A stretch of DNA of 63,410 nt, counting the filler, from Octopus bimaculoides (taxonomy: Eukaryota): the NCBI RefSeq assembly GCF_001194135.2. It is 5 parts of 5 records of this genome, joined end to end, with 100 filler letters (N's around TTAATTAATTAA, not from the genome) between each part and the next. Parts side by side here need not be neighbours in the genome. Positions count along the whole stretch, not along the records: positions 38,213 to 60,862 come from NC_068985.1; positions 60,963 to 63,410 come from NC_068992.1; 3 more parts are not named here. One strand, written 5' to 3'. This document shows positions 51,130 to 63,283 of the stretch, piece by piece. A model generated the notes under the pieces. The model had not been told where the DNA came from. It saw nothing but the letters and a program-made list of their open reading frames with translations, and ran no database searches. The translations under genes were made by a program, and so were the position numbers. Numbering within the stretch: the first letter of the stretch is position 1; each line of letters begins with the position of its first letter.

Positions 51130-52150
51130 GTATATATATATATATATATACATACATATACCCACATACATATACATGCATACACAAATATTCATGCACA
51201 CACACATGTATCCGCTTGCGTGTCCATATATGTAGTATTAAATGAGATACTTAACATAAGATAGGTGAGTTAAAAATTTGAGGATTAAAAATTAAGATGG
51301 AGATAAAGGGAAGTTAAGTAGGGTTGCAGATTGCTTAAGGGGTGTTGTGGTTATATGTTGTGTGGTTATTTAGGTTACATTTAGATTTATGGTAAAATTT
51401 GAAGGTATGAAAAAAGCGGTGGTTGCATGTACTTAGGGCCTCATTATATTTATTTAGTAGTGTTGAGGAGTTGTGTTTTAATATGTAGAATGCCTCTTTT
51501 AGGCATAACTTACAGGCTAAGCATTGACTTAAGTATGGGAGCCCTCAATCTATTATGGACCATGACAAAATGTAGGGAATATTTCTATTTTTGAGATGAT
51601 GTATGTGATTGGCGAGTGTTGTGGATTTACTGTGTCTCTCGTATGTAAAAGAATTGAGATGAGCGGCATATCGCTGTTTAAAATTTATGGATGACTCTAT
51701 ATATATAGCTGTAGAATTGTGTAATGTGCTGAGGACAGTGCATGTATAAATTACATTAGATCTTCTACAATGGGTTTGTAGAAGGCAGATGGACCCAGGA
51801 CGGCAGTTACAAGTGGGTGTATTTTGGGGATTATTTTCAGGAATGGAGGAAGTAACACTTCTTAAAGATAGAGTAGTATTTATGTTAACGAGGGAAGTTG
51901 GAGTCTAGTATATTAAAGAATAATTTAGCTAAGTTCTTAACGTTTAGTAAGAGTGGGGTGTATACCACAGAATAGAGCGTTCATCACTTTCCTCAAATAA
52001 TGGAACTGCAACTTCTATATCTTTATATATTTTATATTTTACTTCTACTTTCATTCTCTTATTTCCCTCTATATTCCCTATCTCCTCTTTTTCCATAATA
52101 ATTCCTTATTTCGAACTCAAATATTTACCTGTTTTTAACCATCTCACATC

Positions 52151-52198
52151 GTCTCTGATGAAGGGGTATCCATAATATCCCAGAAACAGCTGTAAGAC
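52151..52198 (+). ncRNA. Minimal type-I hammerhead ribozyme motif (right arm)
   Basis: GTCT CTGATGA A GGGGTAT-CCATA-ATATCCC A GAAAC AGCT GTA AGAC: core intact, palindromic AGCT loop on helix III, predicted cleavage after 52194. Confidence 0.7.
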
Positions 52199-52430
52199 TA
52201 TATCTATATCTTTCTCCTTTTAAATGTTCTGGAAACCCCTCACAGCCTTGACTTTGTTATATCATTTTGTCTAATATAATATGCATGCTAATACAAGACT
52301 CACATTAGACTCCTCATTCGTATCACTATCGAACCAAGAGTTTAACTACAGTCTGTCCATAGCACTTACTCAGCGTTACCTACCAGTCTTTGGGTCTTCT
52401 AGATACCAATACTTCTCATATATATATCGC

Positions 52431-52595
52431 CAAAACAAATACCGAGAGTGATAAAAATCAAACATCCAGTCAGCATCATGGTGTTTGGAGTGATCACTAG
52501 TGATGGCCACGTTATGCCCCCATTCATCTTCTCATATGGTCTCTGACTTAGTACGGAGGCCTACATCAAGTGCCTGGAGGAGGTAGTGCTGCCCT
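52431..52595 (+). mobile_element. Internal fragment of the DD37D element in opposite orientation
   Basis: Reverse-complement match to 53192-53349. Confidence 0.85.
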
Positions 52596-52729
52596 TAAAA
52601 ACTTTTCGTGTAATTTTTCCAAAATTTGATTTTTTTCCATACTTACAGTTGAAAAAGTCTCAATGACTGAAACCGGTACTGAAATGTTTATTATAAAATT
52701 ATTTTAGCATTTTCTACTTTGACTTTGAA

Positions 52730-54030
52730 TAAATTGTCGTCTACATCATGCAAAAATGAAAATTACACTGACATCTCATTTTAACAGATATATTTACCAA
52801 AATTACACAAAAATATCTTGAAATACTAAAGAGTAAATTCATTCAATAAAATCGCCATTGGCTTCAACCACGGCCCCCAGACGACTTCAGAATCTCCTGC
52901 AACTCTTCTAGATGGTCTCCTTGTTTTGTTTAAGTTGGTGACTACTGCCATCAGCCTTGCCTTCAGTTCATCTTTGGTGTTACAAGAAGTTTTTGTTGGT
53001 CTCTCACTCAACTGCGCCCCATACATAATAATCAAGGGGGTTGCAGTCTGGGGAGTTAGGTGGTCAGATGTTAGGAGTGATGTTGTCGCAAAAATTGCCT
53101 GACAGCCATGACTGGGTTCTCTTGTTTGTGTGGCATGGTGCAGAATCCTGTTGCCAGACATAGGGTCTTCCAGCAGCCACCCTCTTGACTCAGGGCAGCA
53201 CTACCTCCCCCAGGCACTTGATGTAGGCTTCCGTGCTGAGTCGGAGACCACGTGAGAAGATGAATGGGGGAATAACGTCGTCATAACTAGTGATCACTCC
53301 AAACACCATAATGCTAACTGGATTTCTATCACTCTCAGTACTTGTTTTGATAACACGGTAAGCCAACGTTTGTTCTGTGTGTTCATCATCTGATCCTAGT
53401 ACAAATTTTTCTCGTCTGAAAAAACCAGTGCATGCTCGGTTGGAGGGGATGCTTGAGTTTGTTCAAAAGCTTCGTAGCGCGGTTTTCCTCTTGTCCTTGA
53501 TGACTTGGGATAAAAATTGGCCCTTTTTCATCTTGTATGAAGAATGCCGAATGTCTTCATGTACTACCTGCCTGATAAGAAACTCAGACACTCCCATATC
53601 CCAGGCGGTGGACCTGATTCACTTGGAGGGATCGTTGTCAACCATAGCCTGGATCTTACTAAAACAATTCACGAGTTCTTTTCTTATCAGAACGATCGGA
53701 GTGAGTTTTCGGAGCTGCCCTACCTTCGTAATCACCATTAGACTCATCCAACTCTTTCCGAATCCCCTGCAAGACAGATTGACACCCAAACACTCTGAAA
53801 TGTTCGTAATGGAGCTTTCGGCGCGAATCTCAAGCAGTACAGCATGTCGTTTCCAAATTTCTGGCAGACTGAACTGCGTCATGGTGCTGTTTTTCTCACA
53901 GATATAGTGCCCAACTGACCCTACGATACTGTGTAGTCGACAAAACAATACTGTGTAGTCGACAAAACAATGCGCATACGCGAAATTAAAAATATAAAAT
54001 AGCAATAATTTAGCCAACAAACAAACACGT
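52730..54030 (-). mobile_element. DD37D (maT-type) Tc1/mariner element with near-complete transposase pseudogene (53882-52839)
   Basis: MTQFSLPEIWKRHAVLL...MVFGVITS...WQQDSAPCH...PNI*PPNSPDCNPLDYYVWG...VEANGDFIE*; 37 residues between the second and third Asp, counted; contains stops and frameshifts. Confidence 0.9.
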
Positions 54031-54825
54031 GTACACACACATACACACACACACACATAGACACATACATACACACACATACATAAACACACACACACAT
54101 ATGTATATACACTATCCTGATATAACATGTCTTACAGATTAGCTGTGTTAAAAGCAATAACTGTTAGAGAGTCGAAAATTCATTCCAATAGTGGTCAGTA
54201 CAAATGTCAGATGCACATCGGGTACTCGCAATCAGCCGCATCCTCGGGCGAGAATTCGACGTCTCTGATAATATCAGATTAAAAATCCAGTATATGCAAT
54301 TGTGGCAGTGTTTTATTAAGACAGCCATCTATGTATCATACATAATGCATACACACCGACCAGCTGAGCAGCTAATCGTAACATTAGTGAATGTTTTAAG
54401 TATCTTTTTCCTACGCCAAACGTTTGTGTTTGTGTTCGTCTCAAACCACTTGACAACTGGTGTTGGTTTGCTTACTTCCCTTAACTAAGCGTTTCGACAA
54501 AAAAAGTTTCAATACACGCATTTAAGTAGTACCAATGGACCTTCCCCTTGGGAGATGTATAGCAATTAGAGAGACTATCAGATCGAACAACCAGCTGGAA
54601 GTAACAGCCATATCTCCCTCAAATAAAACTCTTGTCAATTCCTAGAAGTATGAAACATTGGATAAAATGGTTCAGAGAGCATTGTGCCTTATAAAACTAA
54701 CCGGATGAATCATGGATAGAATGGCTCTGATCCACGGTCGTTTCGAGCTGGACTGGCCTAAGCAACAACACGCATATACTTACGTACATATATATATAGG
54801 TATACATACATATACACGTACATAC

Positions 54826-54896
54826 TTTCATGTAGTTCTTGGTACATGAGGTTATGTAATACACTGCCTAAATACCAATCATGAGTAATTAGGCTT
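54826..54896 (-). CDS. Host-gene exon (SLITHDWYLGSVLHNLMYQELHE)
   Basis: Acceptor ctttcttctttctggttttgag|, donor GAAA|GTATGT, phase 2 to 1, open. Confidence 0.6.
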
Positions 54897-55132
54897 CTCA
54901 AAACCAGAAAGAAGAAAGCTGATGCAAAGACTACAAATTCAAGTCATCACTGGAACTGTAAAAATCTGTAAAACTTTCCTGAAGTTTATTATTTAAGTAT
55001 ATATGCGCATGTGTAGTCATGCAACTATATGCATGAGAATACATACATAAAATAATACATACAAATCTGCACATATGCATACATACATTAAAAAATACAC
55101 TGTTGATGTTGCTGAAATTCCAATGAATGAAC

Positions 55133-55178
55133 CTTGGATCTAGGTTAGAAACCAACTCTTTCTTTATTAGCAAGAAAT
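55133..55178 (-). CDS. Host-gene exon (DFLLIKKELVSNLDP)
   Basis: Acceptor tttatttcaag|, donor CAAG|GTTCAT (weaker), phase 1 to 2; joins the next exon as ...LVSNLDPRSLI..., a CARD-like helix 1-2 pattern. Confidence 0.5.
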
Positions 55179-55237
55179 CTTGAAATAAACTGAATAATTA
55201 CATATATATATATTCTATGTCATTGTAGTCATCGTTA

Positions 55238-55324
<87 letters not shown>

Positions 55325-55505
55325 ATGCACATATATATATGTTTGTGTTTTACTGCATCGCCCACAAATATTCTAAGTACGACATGGATTTGTATTTATA
55401 TACATACATATACATCGACCCGTAAATACATGCACAAATAAATACATAGAAACACACACATGCAATACACACTCAAACACACACACACACGCACATTTAT
55501 ACATG

Positions 55506-55564
<59 letters not shown>

Positions 55565-55983
55565 ACATATATNNNNNNNNNNNNNNNNNNNNNNNNNNNN
55601 NNNNNNNNNNNNNNNNNNNNNNNNNNNNNNNNNNNNNNNNNNNNNNNNNNNNNNNNNNNNNNNNNNNNNNNNNNNNNNNNNNNNNNNNNNNNNNNNNNNN
55701 NNNNNNNNNNNNNNNNNNNNNNNNNNNNNNNNNNNNNNNNNNNNNNNNNNNNNNNNNNNNNNNNNNNNNNNNNNNNNNNNNNNNNNNNNNNNNNNNNNNN
55801 NNNNNNNNNNNNNNNNNNNNNNNNNNNNNNNNNNNNNNNNNNNNNNNNNNNNNNNNNNNNNNNNNNNNNNNNNNNNNNNNNNNNNNNNNNNNNNNNNNNN
55901 NNNNNNNNNNNNNNNNNNATATATATATATATATATATATTCCCTTTTTTGACGCGAACTGATTCCATTCCGTATTCTGTTAC

Positions 55984-56107
55984 CAACAAATATTGAAGCA
56001 ATGTTAGTGTGCCCATATGATAGAAGATGTCTAAAAATATCTCGCGTCTCGTCTAGGTCCTTATATTGCAGGGTCCTACACGCAAAAATGTTAGATGTAT
56101 CCTCTTT
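55984..56107 (-). CDS. Candidate host-gene exon (KEDTSNIFACRTLQYKDLDETRDIFRHLLSYGHTNIASIFV)
   Basis: 41 open codons between cagtag| and TTG|GTAACA, phase 0 to 1, compatible with the 55178 exon; an alternative acceptor at 56030 exists. Confidence 0.4.
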
Positions 56108-56160
56108 CTACTGCACCCGAATGAAAGTCAGTTTTGGTTTTGTTAGAAATATTTACTATC

Positions 56161-56372
56161 AGTCGAGTTCGCAGAATCGTTAGCGTGTCGCACAAAATAC
56201 CTTGCAACATTTCTTGTGGTTCTTTGTGTTCTTAGTTCAAATTCCGCTGAGTCTGGCTTTTTCTTTCGTCCTTTTGGGATTGATAAAACAAGTACCAGCA
56301 GGACACTGAAGACGATGTAATCGTCCAGTCTCTTCCCTCAAAATTTCAGGCTTTGTACCTATCGTACAAATA
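56161..56372 (+). mobile_element. SINE family A (diverged)
   Basis: GCAGAATCGTTAGC head, TAGTTCAAATTCC B-box, family body. Confidence 0.75.
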
Positions 56373-56381
56373 AGTATTTAA

Positions 56382-56562
56382 AGCTGTGAGCTTGCAGAAT
56401 CATTAGGATGTCGGATACAGTGTTTACCGGCGTTTCATCTGTCATTACGTGCCGAGTTCAAATCCCGCCGATGTCGATTTTGCCTTTCATGCCTTCGGAG
56501 TCAATAAAATAAGTGCCAACCCCCTCCCACCAAATTACAGGTCTTGTACCTATAACAGAAAG
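56382..56562 (+). mobile_element. SINE family A (diverged, tandem with previous)
   Basis: GAGTTCAAATCCCGCCGATGTCGATTTTGCCTTTCATG. Confidence 0.75.
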
Positions 56563-57433
56563 CATTGTTGTTGTTGTTGTTTCTGTCAAGTCATTCCTGA
56601 TAGTTAAGGCAGACACATGATAAGGGGATTCCCTTCATGATTTCCCTGGTTTGTTTTTCAGACATAGATTACATGTCTGAACTACATTATCCAATGTAGT
56701 TTCATTTTCAATAAGGTGCGGTGCTGGTTGAGTTTAAGATTTGGCTGCTATTTATAACATTTCTATCGACCTCATAAAATCTTCCCTGTCGTTATGTTGT
56801 TTGACCCCACCCGATCAGCTCTGATTGTGAAGACTTATCAAAAGTTTTCTTGCCATGACAGGCACATCGTTCTTTTGTTTTTATGCATCATCATTATTAT
56901 CCTAAACAATTCACTGTGGTAATACATGTGATCTATTTTTTTAAAGTCGTATTAACGTTAAGTGAAATTTAGCTGCTATTTCTAGCTAGCCGAGGAAACA
57001 CACGAAGCATTCTTGTCTCGTCCTCCAGATGGATGGCAGTGGATTTTACCCACCTCACTTCCAGTCTCTGGTCCACTTTGTCTTTTATCTTCAACTCTAA
57101 GGAATCATAACCTAAGCAACTAAAGGACAATGTTTTCGAATTCATTGGTGGAAGATTTTAGACAAATATCTACTAAATATATGCGACCTTCCCTTTCATT
57201 TTATTAGAGGAAGATCTCTGTTATGCACAAACGGAAGGATCTCATATGCAATGCAGTGAATTGGAAAACTTCGATTCCAAAAATCATCACTAAAAATATT
57301 AGCAGTTGTCGGATATTGTTAAATACACTTAAAAAAAATTAAATACACCCAGAAGCTTTTGTCTGCTAATTGCAAGCATAATCTCAATTTGTCAAAGCTT
57401 TATTTCTGCTCATTATATTATATACCGAATGAG

Positions 57434-57650
57434 GGAGGCGAGCTGGCAGAATCGTTAGCACTCCGGGCAAAATGTTTAGCAGCATTTCGTTCGTATTTAC
57501 TTTTTTTTTTTTGAGTTCAGTTGCCGCCGAAGTCGACTTAGCCTTTCCTTCTTTCGGTGTCGATAAGATAAGTACCAGTTGAGCACTGGAGCCGATGTAT
57601 TCGACTTAGCCCCATCCCCGAAACTGCTGGCCTTGTGCGAAAATTTGAAA
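57434..57650 (+). mobile_element. SINE family A
   Basis: Full head GGCGAGCTGGCAGAATCGTTAGC and body. Confidence 0.85.
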
Positions 57651-58773
57651 CTAATATTACAGACTGGATGTGTTATTTTCCTTTAACCATATTGTTGAAC
57701 TCTCTCACACTGGACCTCCCTACTCTTAAGCTTATTGTAATTACGCTTTACTGTTGGTTCTTGAGTATTCAATACGTTATTATTGTATTCCTTAATTACT
57801 ATAATGATTGTTGGTACTCCGCCATGGTCATTGTTGTGATACAAATAAATTTATTTTCAATAGTTTCAATTCTCGTTCAGTTCTTAGGTCTAATACGGCG
57901 AGAAACTGCAATAGTCTTTTTTTTTTATCTCCCAGAACTGCGCTGATCCAGCAGACCTAAGATCAAAAAATATTCAAGAAGTTATTCTCTCCAGCTTTGA
58001 TATTTTTTCACGAAAGCAGTTCTTATTTACTTATTTACTTATTTATTTATACGATATAATCACTGCCGTGGCATAGCCAAGTCAGTCGGGGCCTTCTGGC
58101 AATATACGTGAAAATATTACAGTACCGTCAAACAACATACAACCTACTGAATTCCGAAGAGGCTGTTTTCATTGATATATCACTGACACACACGCACGCA
58201 CGCACGCACGCACGCACGCNNNNNNNNNNNNNNNNNNNNNNNNNNNNNNNNNNNNNNNNNNNNNNNNNNNNNNNNNNNNNNNNNNNNNNNNNNNNNNNNN
58301 NNNNNNCACACACACACACACACACACACACACGTATATATGTATATATATAATATATCTATATCACACACAGAGGTAGAAACACAAGTAAACTACATTA
58401 CATTGAAGCAAACCAGACACACAAACATTCTTTCTGTTTCTCTTTATCTTTTTATTTATTTAGCTCAGCATACGGCCTGGCAATTACATTACTTCAGAGA
58501 GTAGGGAATTAATTATACAGCAAATAATTAGTGAAACTGTTAATATCATTTTGAGGGTGTTTTATTGTAATTGTGTTAAATTACACAAATATATTCAATC
58601 CAGTGAAGCAAAAAAATGAGTCCCCCTATTTTTTAAAGTACTTAAAATATCTGTTGTTGGTGATGTTATTTGGGTCCAGATTAGTCTTGATTAATCACAC
58701 ACATCGCGCGCTCACACACACACATCCGTATATACACGCATAGATACACATACATGCACACATAACATATATA

Positions 58774-58925
58774 GGCTTGGCTGTGTGATAAGAAGTTTGC
58801 TTTCCAGCCACATGGCTCTGGGTTCAGTCCAACAGCGTGGCACCTTGGACAAGTGTCTTCGACTGTAGCCTCACGTCAATGCCTTGTGAGTAGAATTGAT
58901 AGACAGAAACTGAAAGAAACCCGTC

Positions 58926-58974
<49 letters not shown>

Positions 58975-59160
58975 TCTCCCATCGTCGCTTGGCAACTGGT
59001 GTTGGTGTGTTTACGTCCACATAACATTAGCGGTTCGGCAAAACAGAACGATAAAATAAGTACGAAAATTTAAGAATAAGTACTGGGGTCGATTCATTCT
59101 CTAAAATTCTTCAAGGTGGTGTCCGAGCATTGTCACAGTCTAATAACTGAAATAAGTAAA
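58774..59160 (+). mobile_element. SINE family B
   Basis: Head, body, internal (AT)(GT) tract and 3' module. Confidence 0.85.
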
Positions 59161-59404
59161 AAAATACATGCAAATATACATGCATAAATTCATGCGTAAT
59201 ACATACATGAATACACACATTTAATATCCTCTTAAAAATCTTCTGTCAACTATCTTTCGGCAAAGGCAGATGGACAATGAGAGTATTCATTCGGCGATTT
59301 CCGTACAAAACTTTTCCTTCTTTATTCCCCCCTCCACCAGCTGAATCGCTAATGTTTATGTATTTTTTGTGCATGTATTATGTGTTTGTGTGTATCTATG
59401 CATA

Positions 59405-59500
59405 TCTGTGTGGCACTTGGGTAAGTGTCTTCTACTATAGCCTCAGGCTGACCAAAGTCTTCTAAGTGGATTTGGTAGACAGAAACCTAAAGAAGCCCGT

Positions 59501-59505
<5 letters not shown>
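59405..59505 (+). mobile_element. SINE family B body fragment
   Basis: GTGGCACTTGGGTAAGTGTCTTCTACTATAGCCTC...AAGAAGCCCG. Confidence 0.8.
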
Positions 59506-59537
<32 letters not shown>

Positions 59538-60559
59538 GAGAATATACAAATAATAACAACAGACGAGGACAGGTGGTGTAAATAACAAANNNNNNNNNNT
59601 GCTTGTGTATGTATATTTGCATATGTAAGTGTGTGTATGTGTCTGTGCATGCATATATATTTGTGTATGTGTATACTTAAATACACATATATATATACAG
59701 TACTTACATAAATATACATACATGCATGCATACATACACATACATACATACATGCATGCATACATACACATACATGCATACATACATACATACGTACATA
59801 CATACAAGCACATAAATGCATACACAGAAAATACACAAACATAAGCGATTCAGTTGAAAAAAATTAAAGAAACAAAGACTTTTATGATAATTTCCAAACT
59901 ATTACTTTGATTATCCGTCTATCTTTATCGAAAGATAGCCTCTTCTGCCTGTTGGAGAAACAACACTCCAAGCATAATTGTTTGGGATGGAAAATAAATG
60001 ATATGTACTGATATAGAGGTCAGCTGCGTATTTCTTTCAAAATCATTGAGGAAGGCAACATTTTTACCGAAATTATGTCTTTACATGTGCACTCCTAATT
60101 ATTGGTGCATTTGGTTATGTTAGTAAGTGTGTCTAAATCGTAACCTCAAAAATCTGGGATTGTCAAGCACAAAAATAAAGGAAAAAAAGACTTTTATGTT
60201 GTATTCTGCAAAGATATCCTACGAATGAAACGGTGAAATGATAGAGAGTGGAAGAAAGAGAGTAGAGTTAAAGTAGGTGAAGAATATGTAATGACAGAGT
60301 TGGCCTAAGCGGCATTTGAATTTAGAATGGTAAGCTTCGGAACATTTTTTATTTGGGAGTGGAGCATTAAATGAGGAACGATTACAAAAGTAGTTTACAA
60401 TTTGAGTTGGGGTTTATGATGAAAGAAAGAAAGAAAGAAAGAAAGAGGAGGGAAAGATGAGAGGAAAAGCATGCAGAGTATGCAAAATATGTGAATATAC
60501 GGATGAGGTGGACCTACTTATACAAATGATCCTCCAGCCAGGGCCCTACAGATCACTCT

Positions 60560-60860
60560 GAATACCAAGGGTACAAGATCTTACCCAATTATTGCATGCT
60601 TAGTAGTTCCATACATCTTAACCATTTCTGTCACAGTCACTCACATTTTGACAAATTCACTTGGGGAAGGGGAGGACTTCTTTCTCTTTCCTTTCGAAGT
60701 GGAACTCGAAAAAGTCAGTAAAGGCCTAACGAGAGAGGATGGTGTCTCTCTTCAAACCTTTCTGCCTCGACCATCATGCGGCCTCTTCCACTGTAGCTAC
60801 TTAACAGATGAACACCATCTGTCCCATTTAAGTATGTTGGGGGATATTAACAGTGAAAAA
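60560..60860 (-). mobile_element. Tx1/L1-clade LINE 3' end
   Basis: Minus strand gives degenerate KGLKRDTILS...RKEKEVLP...EFVKM, the C-terminal segment of Tx1-type ORF2. Confidence 0.6.
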
Positions 60861-60906
60861 AANNNNNNNNNNNNNNNNNNNNNNNNNNNNNNNNNNNNNN
60901 NNNNNN

Positions 60907-60918
60907 TTAATTAATTAA
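60907..60918. other. Synthetic scaffold-join linker
   Basis: 44 N + TTAATTAATTAA + 44 N. Confidence 0.9.
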
Positions 60919-61888
60919 NNNNNNNNNNNNNNNNNNNNNNNNNNNNNNNNNNNNNNNNNNNNATAAATATGTTTCATGGCTACTATAATTAAAGACGTAC
61001 TTTTAGCTCTTACGTCTTCGTGACCTATTTTATTGGCAACTAAATTTTTCAAAATATATATACGACATGTAAAGTACGACATTTATATGTCTAATACATT
61101 TATATTTAAATGAGCTGTGAAATTAGGACAAGAGTGTAAATCACAGCTCGTTCGATATATTAAAATAAGGATCTACTAATACTATTTTGTTAAGGCTGCT
61201 TATCTCTTCCTCATGGTAGTTACCAAGTTCCCAATACATCTTAATTCACCTTATTCTTATAATATAGTAATAGCGCCCTTTCCTATTCTGCTTCATCCCA
61301 CATTGTTCATATTCAGACTAATTACACCTTATTCCGACTGGCCTATAGCGTCTTGTTTTCCTATCTTTCGCACATTCACTACAGGAATTACAAACTTATC
61401 CCTTTGGATAACATTGTGATTATTACTCTTCATTCAATTAGGTACAATTGACTACTAGCCATGTATTATTAATGGGAATAAACTTCGTAAAACTTGAGTA
61501 TGCCATAAAAGATAACGACATACAAATAACAACGCATGTCCGTAAATCGATATGCTCTTTTCTTTCAACCTCAGCATATGCATGAATAGCGATAACACCG
61601 TTTTGATGTTAGCATCAAAGTTTGTCATTGCGCGGCAACATCAAAGTTAATTGGATTAATTAATATACAAAAGTTTTACAACAACCTTATTGCACTATTT
61701 TACTCATCTCAAAAATCATAAAAGGTGCAACAAGAAGATTAGTTCAGGTAACATCTAACCAAATAATTCCACGTTCTGATGCTAAACATTGCACTATGTA
61801 GTACATTTACAATTCTGATTTTCACAGGCGTAGTAATCATCCTAAACGACAAAAAAATTACAGTGTCTCAGAATTATATTCAATCAAA

Positions 61889-62099
61889 AGGTGGTTAGTT
61901 CGCACAATCGTTTGCACGTCGGAAAGATGCCTATCTGTATTTTGTCCATCTTCACGTTCTGAGTTCAAATTCCGCCGAGGTCGACTTTTCCTTTCATCCT
62001 TCATGTATCAATAAAAATAAGTACGAGTTGAGTATTGGGGTCGTTGTAATCGTCTTGCCATCTACTCTGAACTTGCTGGCCTTGTGCCAAAATTTGAAA
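61889..62099 (+). mobile_element. SINE family A
   Basis: Contains GTTCTGAGTTCAAATTCCGCCGAGGTCGACTTTTCCTTTCATCC. Confidence 0.85.
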
Positions 62100-63240
62100 T
62101 CAATGTCATATTCAAACATAAATGCAAATCCCCCAATATTGTTTCTTACAAATTTTTATTTTTATTTCTGCAATTTCGTCGATCTCCTACGAGGAATATA
62201 CGTTTTAACAATTATATCGCAATATATTTACCAACTTTAACAAACACTTTCAATATCTTAGACATTCAAAGCGAATCGCATATTCAGTAAATTTTAGCAT
62301 CAAGTTGCTTCTTCCGTCTTGTACGCAGTCATGTCTTGTTGTACCATATTTGTCGGTAAAACATTGGCCAAAACAGAAAATTTGTTACTTACTGATTATT
62401 GGTGGATTAAACGCTAAGATCTTAGCATCCAATAATAAACTAAAAATTATAATTTGAACCACCAGAATCTGGCTTTTTTGTATCCGAGAAGGTCTAGATA
62501 TCTTGAGGCCCCAAATCAAAGCCTTAACAATAATTAATATCTTCAAAGGCACAAATATTTCTTCAAGTTCCTTACGGTATGCAGCAGTAGCATGAATCCA
62601 TAAGGAAGCCACCATTTGTTTTTCCTCTTCAAATATTATTTCACGCCCTAATTAGTAACACTGTTAGAGTAGTTTCCCATATATATCAATCTTCAGAGCT
62701 GTTTCCAAATGAATGAAAATGCAATAAATCAATAAACTGAAACATTTCATCCACTCAAACGAGCTCGCTTTAAAAAAGAAGTCCACAAAGGGGGTGGGGA
62801 AATTCTCTTTTAATAAATTCCTACTTCAAATAATATTTTTCGCCTTAATTAATTTAAACATGAGAGTGATGTCCCCTATATAGTTATCGCCTGAACTTTT
62901 CCTAAATGAAACAATATGCAGCATTTCTATAAATTGGATAATTTTGACCCGCAAAACTTGTCGGTTCCAAAGCCCACAAAGAGGAAACATTCTCTTGTGT
63001 TCTTTTTCGTAGTTTTACGTGTTTTTAAAGAACTTCACACATCAGCCATCATGATGCCGTTTCAGAGAGTATGCTATGATAACCACCCATGACGCTCAAC
63101 AGAAAAGGAGACACGCATACACATACACCAAACAGTCTAAACGAACTAAAAGATAAAGAAACATCACACTTTTAAATTAGTGCCTTACAAAGTCAATGAA
63201 ACGAGCACATTATGCTGTTGCCAGGAATCTACAGACATAA

Positions 63241-63283
<43 letters not shown>

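Larger units (their letters stand above)
50018..52275 (-). mobile_element. Penelope-like element with inverted terminal arms and GIY-YIG endonuclease remnant
   Basis: Arms ~50018-50304 and ~51982-52275 are reverse complements. Minus strand ~51950-51390 reads TCNCRPGSICLLQTHCRRSNVIYTCTV...IYIESSINFKQRYAAHLNSF...TTLANHIHHLKN...WSIID*...CLACKLCLKEAFYIL...LLNKYNEALSTCNHR. Confidence 0.85.

Noticed and set aside
57635-57946. 103-aa hydrophobic ORF resembling a membrane protein
   Set aside because: Starts inside a SINE tail; hydrophobicity follows from T-rich composition; no splice or family evidence.
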